DNA of 60,654 bases. Origin: a virus (lineage: Duplodnaviria; Caudoviricetes). Below the pieces are notes generated by a model that had not been told where the DNA came from, made no database searches, and was given only the letters and a program-made list of their open reading frames with translations. Where the stretch lies: positions 1-60,654 of IMG/VR virus record IMGVR_UViG_3300046777_001314; one strand, given 5' to 3'. Position 1 is the first letter of the stretch. Every line of letters begins with the position of its first letter. Below are positions 17,320 to 26,381 of the stretch, in pieces. The position numbers were made by a program, and so were the translations under genes.

Positions 17320-18946
17320 CGATGATTATTTAGAGGCTAGACTTGGCACTACAGAAAAACCAGAAAGTCAATTTAAGAATAGCGACCCATTTAATAAGTC
17401 TTGGGAAGAATTAAAAAATCTTGGGGGACTTGAAGATAACTTTAAGCGTCGTATGACACGACAAGTAAATAAAGCAATGACCCAAGAAGGATATCTTGCT
17501 ACTAATTCAAACATTGATCTTTTAAGTACACCATATCTTAATTCAGCAAATGCTGATCCAAAGGGACTTAAAGATTCTGGCTCAAAAGCAATCAATCCTG
17601 GTTTGGTATATAGAAATGGTTATGGTCTTTTTGATGTTATTACACCGCCATATAATCTTTATGAACTAGCAAACTTTTACGATACATCTTTTGCTAACCA
17701 TGCTGCTATTGATGCAAAGGTAGAAAATGTTGTTGGTCTTGGTTATCGTTTTGATGTAACAGATCGTACAATGATGAGTCTTGAAAATAATTCAGATCAG
17801 GCTGCAACAGCCCGTGCCCGTAATCGTATTGAAAGAGCAAAACTAGAACTTCGTGATTGGCTTGAGTCATTAAATGATGACGATAGTTTTACACGCACAA
17901 TGGAAAAGATTTATACTGACTTACAGGCAACTGGAAATGGTTACATGGAAGTTGGTAGAACCGTAAGTGGTGAGATAGGATACCTTGGACATATTCCATC
18001 TACAACAATGCGTGTTCGTCGTATTCGTGATGGATTTGTTCAGATCATTGGACCAAAGGTTGTTTACTTCCGTAACTTTGGTGCAACCAACAGAAATCCA
18101 TTGACAGCAGATCCACGTCCAAATGAAATTATACACTTTAAAGATTATTCACCGCTAAATACATATTATGGTGTTCCAGATATTATTGCAGCACTTCCAT
18201 CACTTATTGGTGACCAACTTGCTTCACAGTATAATATTGATTACTTTGAAAACAAGGCAGTACCAAGATATGTAATTACGCTTAAAGGTGCTAAGTTGTC
18301 TGCTGACGCTGAAGACAAGATGTTCCGATTCCTACAGACAGGACTAAAGTCTCAGTCACACAGAACTTTATATATCCCACTTCCTGGAGATAATGATCAC
18401 TCTAAGGTTGAATTTGATATGAAGCCAATTGAAAATGGGATTCAGGATGGATCATTCAAGGAGTATCGTAAGCAAAACCGTGATGATATTTTGATTGCTC
18501 ATCAGGTTCCAATCTCTAAACTTGGCGGATCAGACTCTGGCGCTATCGCAGCAGCACTAGCACAAGACCGTACATTTAAAGAGCAGGTTTCTCGTCCAGA
18601 GCAACAGCATCTTGAGAAGGTAATCAGCAAGATTATTAAAGAAAAGACAGATATTCTTCAGTTTAAGTTTAATGAACTTACACTTACAGATGAGATTGCA
18701 CAGTCACAGATCCTTGAGCGCTATGTCAAGAATCAGATTATGCTTCCTAATGAAGCCCGTGAAATCCTTGATCTTCCGCAGGCAGACCATGGAGATACTC
18801 CACTTGAACTAAGCCCAAGACAGGCAGCGGATGCAAGAGCAAATGGTAATCGTTCTAGAGATGCAGAGAGAACAAACAATCAGTCAGATGGCTCTGCCAC
18901 CGTGTCTGGACGTAATCCGAAGGGTGAAGGTAGAGCGTCTCAATAA
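17312..18946 (+). CDS. Portal protein (PBSX/HK97-like)
   Basis: TGNGYMEV, EIIHFK, YYGVP, YFENKAVP, PNEARE motifs; start moved to ATG 17312 after AAGGA. Confidence 0.9.
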   Translation: MSNDDYLEARLGTTEKPESQFKNSDPFNKSWEELKNLGGLEDNFKRRMTRQVNKAMTQEGYLATNSNIDLLSTPYLNSANADPKGLKDSGSKAINPGLVYRNGYGLFDVITPPYNLYELANFYDTSFANHAAIDAKVENVVGLGYRFDVTDRTMMSLENNSDQAATARARNRIERAKLELRDWLESLNDDDSFTRTMEKIYTDLQATGNGYMEVGRTVSGEIGYLGHIPSTTMRVRRIRDGFVQIIGPKVVYFRNFGATNRNPLTADPRPNEIIHFKDYSPLNTYYGVPDIIAALPSLIGDQLASQYNIDYFENKAVPRYVITLKGAKLSADAEDKMFRFLQTGLKSQSHRTLYIPLPGDNDHSKVEFDMKPIENGIQDGSFKEYRKQNRDDILIAHQVPISKLGGSDSGAIAAALAQDRTFKEQVSRPEQQHLEKVISKIIKEKTDILQFKFNELTLTDEIAQSQILERYVKNQIMLPNEAREILDLPQADHGDTPLELSPRQAADARANGNRSRDAERTNNQSDGSATVSGRNPKGEGRASQ

Positions 18947-18968
18947 CTGAGAAACCTACATAAAAGTT

Positions 18969-18977
18969 TGGTATAAT
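18969..18977 (+). promoter_or_regulatory. Extended -10 promoter TGGTATAAT
   Basis: Intergenic, 10 nt before ATG 18988, no SD. Confidence 0.6.
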
Positions 18978-18987
18978 GGATTACGAT

Positions 18988-20298
18988 ATGAACATAAATA
19001 AGGCTTTTTGGACCACTGATGGCGACAATGTTCGTCTATCAATGCCCTTTGGAAAAGTAGATGTAGAAAAAAGAATTGTATCTGGTTTTGCATCTCTTGA
19101 TAACGTTGACAAGCAGTATGATATTGTTACAACAGAAGCATCAATGAAGGCATTTGCAAAGTTTCGTGGTAATATTCGTGAAATGCATCAACCTTCAGCA
19201 GTTGGCAAGATGCTTAATTTTAAAGAAGAAAAGTATTTTGATCCAGAGACAAAGAAATTCTATAAGGGAGTTTATGTCTCTACATATATCTCAAAGGGTG
19301 CACAGGATGCATGGGAAAAGGTTCTTGACGGAACATACACTGGTTTTTCTATCGGCGGTAGAATGAATAAGTGGGATGATGCATATAACGAAGAACTAGA
19401 TAAATCAATTAGAATTATTAAGGACTATGATCTTGTTGAGTTGAGTCTTGTAGACTCCCCAGCAAATCAGTTCGCAAGTATTATGTCAGTAGAAAAAGTT
19501 GATGGCGTAGATGTTATTAAGGGAGAATTTGCTGACGTTGTTGTGGAAAATGTTTTCTATGACGAAGAAACAGGTATTGTCCTTACTTCTGATGAAGAAA
19601 CATATGTTAGCCCAGTAAGCGGTAATGAAATGAAAAACATTGGTTTTGTAGAAAAAGATGACTCAGAAAAAGCAAACATGATAAAGTTCTTAGTTGATAG
19701 TGCTAAAGGCATTAATACTTCTAAGATTAACAAGGAGGTAAACCCTATGTCAGAAGATACAACAGCAGTAGTTGATGCACCAGTTGCAGAAGCAGAAGCA
19801 GTATCCGCAGAGGTCACTCCAGAGGCACAACCAACAGAAGAAGCAGAAAAGGCTGAAGTAGTTGCAGAAGCAACTCCAGAAGCAGTAGAAAAGTCTGATT
19901 CAGAAGATAGTGCTACATCTTCAGTAGAAGATGCAATTCAGACTCCTGAAGCACCAGCAGCAGAAGATGCTGCAAAGGCTGACGAAGTAATTGCAAGTGC
20001 AATTGCAGAAATCAAGGAATCTGTTACTAATGCCTTTGGCGATCTAACAGCAACAATTAAGTCACTTGGTGATGAAGTTGCTAACCTAAAGAAGTCTCTT
20101 GATGCCACAACAACTGATGTGAATCAGATCAAGGGTACTTTTAATGAAATTGGAAAGAGAGTGGATTCCGTAGAAAAGGACACTGCTTTCCGCAAGTCTG
20201 GCGATCTAGGCGAGATCGTGCAGGAATTGGACTCAACCCCAGTTCAAAAATCCCTATGGGGCGGACGTTTCCTCAAATTCTCCGACCTATATAACTAA
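18988..20298 (+). CDS. Prohead protease (HK97 family) fused to a scaffold
   Basis: VSGFAS...D, REMH, TGFSIGG, ELSLVDSPAN; acidic A/E/P-rich linker and coiled-coil C-terminus. Confidence 0.88.
   Translation: MNINKAFWTTDGDNVRLSMPFGKVDVEKRIVSGFASLDNVDKQYDIVTTEASMKAFAKFRGNIREMHQPSAVGKMLNFKEEKYFDPETKKFYKGVYVSTYISKGAQDAWEKVLDGTYTGFSIGGRMNKWDDAYNEELDKSIRIIKDYDLVELSLVDSPANQFASIMSVEKVDGVDVIKGEFADVVVENVFYDEETGIVLTSDEETYVSPVSGNEMKNIGFVEKDDSEKANMIKFLVDSAKGINTSKINKEVNPMSEDTTAVVDAPVAEAEAVSAEVTPEAQPTEEAEKAEVVAEATPEAVEKSDSEDSATSSVEDAIQTPEAPAAEDAAKADEVIASAIAEIKESVTNAFGDLTATIKSLGDEVANLKKSLDATTTDVNQIKGTFNEIGKRVDSVEKDTAFRKSGDLGEIVQELDSTPVQKSLWGGRFLKFSDLYN
19747..20298 (+). CDS. Nested in-frame scaffolding protein
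   Basis: Full SD AAGGAGGT 7 nt before in-frame ATG 19747 (MSEDTTAVV...). Confidence 0.65.
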   Translation: MSEDTTAVVDAPVAEAEAVSAEVTPEAQPTEEAEKAEVVAEATPEAVEKSDSEDSATSSVEDAIQTPEAPAAEDAAKADEVIASAIAEIKESVTNAFGDLTATIKSLGDEVANLKKSLDATTTDVNQIKGTFNEIGKRVDSVEKDTAFRKSGDLGEIVQELDSTPVQKSLWGGRFLKFSDLYN

Positions 20299-20325
20299 CA
20301 TAAAAATCACTAGGAGGTGAACAAT

Positions 20326-21441
20326 ATGTCAGAAGATATCGTAAAAAACTATCCAGGAACTACACAGGGCCACACCCATACAGGTGAAGGCGCAGTAGCA
20401 TCTGGTTCTACCGCAGACGCAGCAGCCATTGTTAATGGTCGTGAAGGCGTTATGGGTAACATTGATGGTGCAAATTACGGAACATCAGGAAGCCTTGGAG
20501 TAAATCCAGTAGGTACACCTGGCGGTATCCTATTGCCTGAACAAGCACGTCGCTTCATTGATTATGTGTGGGATGCTACAGTTCTCGCTAAGGATGGACG
20601 TAGAGTTACTATGAGAGCCAACACAATGGAACTTGAAAAGGTTAACGTTGGTGAGCGTGTAATTCGTGCAGCAGCACAAGCAGACCCTACATTTACAAAT
20701 GCAGGCGCAACTTTCTCAAAGGTTGAATTGACTACTAAGAAGATTCGTCTTGACTGGGAAGTATCAACAGAAGCACTAGAAGATAACGTAGAAGGTGGCG
20801 CTCTTGAAGACCATCTAGTACGTTTGATGACAACTGCTTTTGCAAACGACATTGAAGATCTTGCAATTAATGGTACAGGTACAGGCGGAGACGCTTTCCT
20901 TAACATTATGGAAGGCTTTGTTTCAAAGGTACAGGGCGGAGACTCACACGAGTCTTTCGTAACAGTTGAAAATAACAACTGGACAACACCAGTACTTCAG
21001 GATATCATCCTTGCAATGCCACGTAAGTATCGTGCAATCAAGAACAACCTAAAGTTCTATGCAGGTACAGACGCATTCCAGGGTATCGTCAAGAACAACG
21101 GTACACTTGCTGATGCAATTGCAGAAGCATTTACACCACGTCTTGGTGGTACTGAGGCTAACCGTCAGGCATACTATGATGGTAATGCTCAGACATTCGG
21201 TGGAGCACGTACAACACGTGTTCTTGGTGTTGAAGTTCAGGAAGTTCCTTACTACCCTGCAGGCTATGTAGATCTTACATTCCCTCAGAACCGTGTATGG
21301 GGATTCCAGCGTGATATCACTGTAAACCGTTTCTACCAGCCAAAGAAGGACACAATTGAGTACACAGTATTCGTCCGCTTTGGTATTCAGTGGGAAGAAC
21401 TTGACGCAGTTGCATTCGCAACAGCAGCAAATAACTCATAA
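20326..21441 (+). CDS. Major capsid protein (HK97 fold)
   Basis: GGILLPEQARRF, STEALEDN, DIEDLAINGTG; follows protease/scaffold; SD AGGAGGTG before ATG 20326. Confidence 0.92.
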   Translation: MSEDIVKNYPGTTQGHTHTGEGAVASGSTADAAAIVNGREGVMGNIDGANYGTSGSLGVNPVGTPGGILLPEQARRFIDYVWDATVLAKDGRRVTMRANTMELEKVNVGERVIRAAAQADPTFTNAGATFSKVELTTKKIRLDWEVSTEALEDNVEGGALEDHLVRLMTTAFANDIEDLAINGTGTGGDAFLNIMEGFVSKVQGGDSHESFVTVENNNWTTPVLQDIILAMPRKYRAIKNNLKFYAGTDAFQGIVKNNGTLADAIAEAFTPRLGGTEANRQAYYDGNAQTFGGARTTRVLGVEVQEVPYYPAGYVDLTFPQNRVWGFQRDITVNRFYQPKKDTIEYTVFVRFGIQWEELDAVAFATAANNS

Positions 21442-21453
21442 TCGCAAAACGAT

Positions 21454-21496
21454 TGACTTTGGGGAACGGTGTCAAAGCCGTTCCCTTTAGTCATTT
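21454..21496 (+). terminator. Stem-loop after the capsid gene (probably a leaky terminator)
   Basis: TGACT..GGGAACGGT-gtcaaa-GCCGTTCCC..AGTCA with only short T tracts. Confidence 0.7.
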
Positions 21497-21509
21497 ATAA
21501 GGAGATTAA

Positions 21510-21749
21510 ATGTCATATCCAGGAACACCGCAAGAACACACACACGTTGCAGAAGGTGCAATTGTTACACTTGGTAATCCAGGAGTAATAATTATGGGTC
21601 CAGGGGGTCTGCAAGTTAATACAATGGGTGTATTAGGTGAAGCAAATATGGGTGATACATCGGGACCAAATGCAGTTAATCCATCAGGAACACAAAGCGG
21701 GATTCGCTTGCCATCACAAAATAATTTTGGCATAAGAAGACAACGCTAA
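21510..21749 (+). CDS. 79-aa paralog of the major capsid N-terminal arm
   Basis: YPGTPQEHTH..EGA and MG....AN.G.TSG...VNP.GT..GI.LP.Q match roughly the first 75 capsid residues; SD AAGGAG. Confidence 0.8.
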   Translation: MSYPGTPQEHTHVAEGAIVTLGNPGVIIMGPGGLQVNTMGVLGEANMGDTSGPNAVNPSGTQSGIRLPSQNNFGIRRQR

Positions 21750-21752
21750 TTC

Positions 21753-21761
21753 TGGTATAAT
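21753..21761 (+). promoter_or_regulatory. Extended -10 promoter TGGTATAAT
   Basis: Intergenic, before SD AGGAGG and ATG 21778. Confidence 0.65.
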
Positions 21762-21777
21762 GACATAGGAGGAATTA

Positions 21778-22119
21778 ATGTCTATTGTTGAAGATTTGTC
21801 TAAGAAGACTGTTATGGAAATAAAGTCTTATGCAAAGAAAAATAACATTGATTTATTTGGGGTAAGCACAAAGGCTCACATGCTTGAGGTAATTGCTAAT
21901 TGGACTCCCAAAGAAGATTCAGTAGCAAAACCAAAGGTTGAAAAGTCAGTAGATGAAAAAATAGCACTTTTTTCAGGCAGAAATATATTCTGGAATGGAG
22001 TTGGAGAACTCGTAAAAGGATATAATATTGTAACCAAGGAGGTTTCCGAAAAGTGGCTTACCCACAAGTTGGTTCGCATAGCGACACCACAAGAGGTAGC
22101 AAAGCACTACGGTAAATAA
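21778..22119 (+). CDS. Hypothetical protein with a Rho N-terminal/HeH-like motif
   Basis: LSKKTVMEIKSYAKKNNI....KAHMLEVI pattern. Confidence 0.55.
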   Translation: MSIVEDLSKKTVMEIKSYAKKNNIDLFGVSTKAHMLEVIANWTPKEDSVAKPKVEKSVDEKIALFSGRNIFWNGVGELVKGYNIVTKEVSEKWLTHKLVRIATPQEVAKHYGK

Positions 22120-22121
22120 TT

Positions 22122-23102
22122 ATGATAGTTTTAAGACTCCCACCATATCCAATTGACGTTAAATATGACGTTCCAGAACCAAACACAGATTATCTTTTTA
22201 CTATTGAGAATGCTCCTAAAACAATTGAGGCATCTGAAATTCTAACATCAGATAGCAATTCTCAAATTACTTTTACACTTACAGGTGATTTTGTAACATA
22301 CGATCATGACTATGCTGTTGCTATCTATGAATTAGTTGATGGTGCTCCAGAACATATTTTTGTTGAAGATATTCTTAGTATTGTTCGTCCATATGTTGAT
22401 CCAAGAACACTTGGTACAACTGCTACAGAAATAGCAGAAGCAACATATAATGAACGTATTGCTAGAGCAATTATTGATTCTTTGATTAGTCGTGGTTTTA
22501 CATTTGAAAAGAAAGTTCTTGAGGTTGTTGGTCAAGGTAATGACTATATGCCAGTGTGGGAAACAATTTATAAGATTGACAAGGTTTATGAAAATGGTGT
22601 TTTAGTTTATGATTATCAGGCAGAAACACCCGCACTTGCAGGTTTTAATTATGTGATTACTCAAGATAGAACTGCAATTGTAAAGGTTCCAACTGACTCT
22701 AGTCAGTATGAGCCAAAAAATCGTAATGAGCGCAAACCACTAAAGTATAGAGATGCAGGATCGGACTCATTCTATACATATGCTCCATATGAAAACTTTG
22801 ATAACATGTGGATTAATACAAGAAATCCTGCAGTCTCTTTCCCTGAAGGGTTTGATTATATTTTTATTTATGAGGCAGGATACAAGGTTATTCCAAATGA
22901 TGTTCGTGATGCAGTAAACATGCTTATTAATGATATTAAGTGTGGAAAAATGGATCACTATAAATCATATGTAAGCGAATATGAAACAGATCAGTTTAAA
23001 CTTAAGTATGATTCATCTAAGTTCTTTGGTACTGGAAATATTTTAGTTGATATTATTCTTGATAAGTATATAACAGACTTGCGTACACCAGGGATTCTAT
23101 AA
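22122..23102 (+). CDS. Head-to-tail adaptor
   Basis: Position; ARAIID...YEAGYKVIPNDVRDAVNML...TGNILVDIILDKY. Confidence 0.65.
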   Translation: MIVLRLPPYPIDVKYDVPEPNTDYLFTIENAPKTIEASEILTSDSNSQITFTLTGDFVTYDHDYAVAIYELVDGAPEHIFVEDILSIVRPYVDPRTLGTTATEIAEATYNERIARAIIDSLISRGFTFEKKVLEVVGQGNDYMPVWETIYKIDKVYENGVLVYDYQAETPALAGFNYVITQDRTAIVKVPTDSSQYEPKNRNERKPLKYRDAGSDSFYTYAPYENFDNMWINTRNPAVSFPEGFDYIFIYEAGYKVIPNDVRDAVNMLINDIKCGKMDHYKSYVSEYETDQFKLKYDSSKFFGTGNILVDIILDKYITDLRTPGIL

Positions 23103-23566
23103 TGCATGGGTCATCATCAAATCCATGTGATACAACAGACTTTATGTATCCAATGCTTGCTGATGTTTATTATTCTATAATTAGCCAAGATGAGTATGGA
23201 AAGGCAATAAAAGACTGGGTATTTGATAGGACAATTACTTGTAATGCTCAGGCAATGACAAAAAGAACACAAGAAGAAATGAGCCCTAATGTATTTTTAC
23301 AATTAGATGGCAAATTAGTAGCAAGATCTAGAATAGACGTTAGAACATCTTCTAAAAATGAAAACCATGCACTAACCAATATACTTATAACAAATGTAAG
23401 ACTTCCAAATGACAATGTGGTTTATAGAGAAACCGCAGGGCCAAGAAACGGAAGACCAACAATTTTTGAAGTGGCAACTACAGAGCCCTTTGTTGGAGGT
23501 CTTCAGTCAATTGAATATTACTATATGATGTGGCGTAGATCAGAAAATCAGACAGTAGGCAACTAA
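23102..23566 (+). CDS. Head closure/stopper protein (putative)
   Basis: Position after the adaptor; QDEYGKAIKDW pattern; 154 aa. Confidence 0.55.
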   Translation: MHGSSSNPCDTTDFMYPMLADVYYSIISQDEYGKAIKDWVFDRTITCNAQAMTKRTQEEMSPNVFLQLDGKLVARSRIDVRTSSKNENHALTNILITNVRLPNDNVVYRETAGPRNGRPTIFEVATTEPFVGGLQSIEYYYMMWRRSENQTVGN

Positions 23567-24243
23567 TGAGAGTAGTAACTAATTTTAAAGATTTTGAAAG
23601 AAAACTTAATAATATAGTTGATTACTCTATTGGTTTTTTAGATGGTGCTCAAAAAGGTAAAATTGTATTTTTAAATAATTTAGGTAAAAGTGTTATTACA
23701 GTATTAAAACAATATGTTGACTCTGAGGCAAGATCAAATCCAAGAGCACTTCACCACGTATATGAATGGTATAAAACTGGAAGCCCATCCGCAAGACTTT
23801 ATGATTTTGACTATACAGTAAGCAACCTAGGATTATCCATAAAATCAAACTTTAAACAATCAACATCTATAGCAAATGGATCATCAACTCCATTTTATAA
23901 TAAAGCAAAAATTATGGAAGAGGGTGTACCAATTACTATTTCTCCTAAAAAATCTAATGTACTGGTTTTTGAGGCCGATGGTGAAACTGTTTTTACAACC
24001 ACAGATGTAACAATTGAAAATCCAGGTGGTCAAAATGTTGCTGGCTCTTTTGAAAAAATAGTTGATGAGTTTTTTAATGTATATTTTAGGCAGTCATTTT
24101 TAATGTCATCTGGACTAAACTCCTATATTAAAAATCCAATAATGTATAAAAGAAATTTTGTTGCGGGATCATTGGGTGGAAAGTCGGTTGGAGTCACAAC
24201 TGGATTTAAGTGGATAACAAATATGAAAATTGGGGTAGAATAA
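23566..24243 (+). CDS. Neck/tail-completion protein (putative)
   Basis: Position; EEG.P.TI.PKKSNVLVF motif. Confidence 0.5.
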   Translation: MRVVTNFKDFERKLNNIVDYSIGFLDGAQKGKIVFLNNLGKSVITVLKQYVDSEARSNPRALHHVYEWYKTGSPSARLYDFDYTVSNLGLSIKSNFKQSTSIANGSSTPFYNKAKIMEEGVPITISPKKSNVLVFEADGETVFTTTDVTIENPGGQNVAGSFEKIVDEFFNVYFRQSFLMSSGLNSYIKNPIMYKRNFVAGSLGGKSVGVTTGFKWITNMKIGVE

Positions 24244-24247
24244 TAAA

Positions 24248-24850
24248 ATGACTACTAGTTTAAATGTACTTTCTGGATCTGCATATCCTCCACTATTTAT
24301 TAATCAATATGTTATTGATCAATTAAAGAAGTTTACAAGAACAGAAAAAGGTTCAAACGGAGATTTTATAGAGGTACCTCTTTATAGTAAAGTACCTGGA
24401 AAAATAGATCCCATTGTTCCAGTACAGGCAACCAATATTGATGATTTATATTCAGAAATAACAGTAACTGATAACCCATTTTTAATTGCTTATGATAGGC
24501 TTATTAGATATAATCAAGAAACAGCATATTGGTCTAAAAGAGAGCAACTTGTTTATACTATCCACTCAACTGATAGCGAAAAGGGATTTGACATTTCAAG
24601 AGTAATTGTTGAGACCCTAGATAGAGAAGATGCTGCAGCCCAAGACGTAAATGCTTGGATAGCCCAAAATGATATTTTTGATAAGTTTGGAAGGCCTATT
24701 TCTTGTAATGTATTTTTTCATAATTTTAGGGTTTTTCAGATTGATGAAACCAGAGACATTGTTGAACTGGGCTCAGTCAAATTCAACTGGAGGGGCAAGA
24801 TAATAATTGAGTACGACTATCATGCCAACACCTCCTCTTCGTATAATTAA
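24248..24850 (+). CDS. Tail terminator (putative)
   Basis: Directly upstream of the tail tube gene; 200 aa. Confidence 0.5.
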   Translation: MTTSLNVLSGSAYPPLFINQYVIDQLKKFTRTEKGSNGDFIEVPLYSKVPGKIDPIVPVQATNIDDLYSEITVTDNPFLIAYDRLIRYNQETAYWSKREQLVYTIHSTDSEKGFDISRVIVETLDREDAAAQDVNAWIAQNDIFDKFGRPISCNVFFHNFRVFQIDETRDIVELGSVKFNWRGKIIIEYDYHANTSSSYN

Positions 24851-24856
24851 AAATGC

Positions 24857-24865
24857 TGTTATACT
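24857..24865 (+). promoter_or_regulatory. Extended -10 promoter TGTTATACT
   Basis: Intergenic, upstream of the major tail gene. Confidence 0.6.
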
Positions 24866-24927
24866 GATATCTGAGGAAACACAGCGCCAAAAACTTAATA
24901 ACCCTATTTAGAAAAAGAGGTGAAAAT

Positions 24928-25566
24928 ATGGCTAACTATAGTCGTGGTACATCAACCAACATCATCGTTGGTGCAGCAGCACTTTTTGTTGCAGATACAA
25001 CTCTTGATGCAGCAAGCCTTACAGCGTTTGAAAATACAAAGTCTTTTAAGGATACCCTTACAAATGATGCAGATTATACAAACGTAGGCTACACAATGAA
25101 CGGCCTTGAATTGCAGTTCCAACCAGATTTCGGTGAAGTCCAGGTAGACCAGATTCTTGACGTTGCAAAACTTTACAAGCAGGGAATGCAGGTTAACCTT
25201 GCAACTGCTTTCGCTGAAGCAACACTTGAGAATCTTCTTCTTGCACTTGCATACAGCGATTCAAAACTAACAGGTGATAAGGCCACATCAAGTGGTCGTG
25301 CACTTGATCTTTCAGCAGGTGACATTGGAGAATGTCCAGTTGAACGTGGAATCGTTGCAATCGGTCCAGGAACTGGTGATTGCGTTGATTCAGCAACAGT
25401 AGAACGTGTATACACAGCATACCGTGCACTTTCAATTGAAAATGTTACAGTATCTGCAAAGCGTAACGAGGCTTCAATGTTTGAAGTTTCATTCCGCCTT
25501 CTTCCAGAAGACGTTTCAGGCTCATACGGTAAGATCGTAGATCGTACCTTTACACCTGCTTCATAA
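24928..25566 (+). CDS. Major tail (tube) protein
   Basis: NIIVGAA, VGYTMNG...VDQ, AEATLENL; strong SD GAGGTG; upstream of chaperones and tape measure. Confidence 0.85.
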   Translation: MANYSRGTSTNIIVGAAALFVADTTLDAASLTAFENTKSFKDTLTNDADYTNVGYTMNGLELQFQPDFGEVQVDQILDVAKLYKQGMQVNLATAFAEATLENLLLALAYSDSKLTGDKATSSGRALDLSAGDIGECPVERGIVAIGPGTGDCVDSATVERVYTAYRALSIENVTVSAKRNEASMFEVSFRLLPEDVSGSYGKIVDRTFTPAS

Positions 25567-25580
25567 TTTAATAAGATATA

Positions 25581-25624
25581 CGACTTAGCCCACTACGTAA
25601 AAGGTAGTGGGTTTAGTTGTTTTT
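25581..25624 (+). terminator. Intrinsic terminator after the tail tube gene
   Basis: CGACT..GCCCACTAC-gtaaaag-GTAGTGGGT..AGTTG then TTTTT. Confidence 0.75.
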
Positions 25625-25625
25625 A

Positions 25626-25634
25626 TGGTAGAAT
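25626..25634 (+). promoter_or_regulatory. Extended -10 promoter TGGTAGAAT, near-leaderless
   Basis: Immediately after the terminator, 8 nt before ATG 25643, no SD. Confidence 0.55.
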
Positions 25635-25642
25635 TAAAAGAT

Positions 25643-26353
25643 ATGGCTACAACAGTTTATAATAATAAAGTTATTAATCTTATTGATGGCACAGAAATAG
25701 ATGCTATCCCATTAAAGATAAAGTATCTTCGTGAATTCATGGAGGCATTTGAGCATATTAAAAATGCTAAAAATGACGATGATGCTATACAGTTATTGTG
25801 TGAGTGTGCAAGAATATCTATGAAACAATACTATCCTAAAATCTCAAAAACAATTGAAGATGTTCAAGACAACCTTGACTTACCCACAATATATGCAATA
25901 CTTGATATATCTGCTGGCATAAAAATAGATAAAAATTCAGAAGAATCAGTAAAAAATCAGGCCACAGAAAGCGGTATGACCTGGGATGAACTAGATTTAG
26001 CAAAACTAGAATCAGAGGTATTTTTGCTGGGTATATGGAAAGATTATCATGAACTAGAATTATCTTTATCTATGCCAGAATTGCTGGCGACCCTAGCAAG
26101 CAAAAGAGAATTAGATTATGAAGAAAAGAAATTTTTAGCAGCAATACAGGGTGTTGATCTAGACGCAGAAAATGGAAGTGGAAAAGGTCAAAAAGAATGG
26201 GAAGATATGAAGGCTAGAGTATTTAGCCGTGGTGCCACATCTGACAGTAATGATGTTCTTGCATTGCAAGGTGTTAATGCACAAAAAGCAGGGTTTGGTA
26301 TTGGTTTTGGTCTTGATTATGAAGACGTTAGAGACCCCTCTGCTATGCTATAA
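25643..26353 (+). CDS. Tail assembly chaperone, long (GT-like) form in one reading frame
   Basis: N-terminal half homologous to 26382-26702, plus a C-terminal extension; lies between tail tube and tape measure. Confidence 0.7.
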   Translation: MATTVYNNKVINLIDGTEIDAIPLKIKYLREFMEAFEHIKNAKNDDDAIQLLCECARISMKQYYPKISKTIEDVQDNLDLPTIYAILDISAGIKIDKNSEESVKNQATESGMTWDELDLAKLESEVFLLGIWKDYHELELSLSMPELLATLASKRELDYEEKKFLAAIQGVDLDAENGSGKGQKEWEDMKARVFSRGATSDSNDVLALQGVNAQKAGFGIGFGLDYEDVRDPSAML

Positions 26354-26354
26354 T
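26346..26354 (+). promoter_or_regulatory. Extended -10 promoter TGCTATAAT
   Basis: Overlaps the stop of the upstream chaperone; SD GGAGG before ATG 26382. Confidence 0.65.
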
Positions 26355-26381
26355 TAACTAAGCCTATATAGGAGGAAATTA

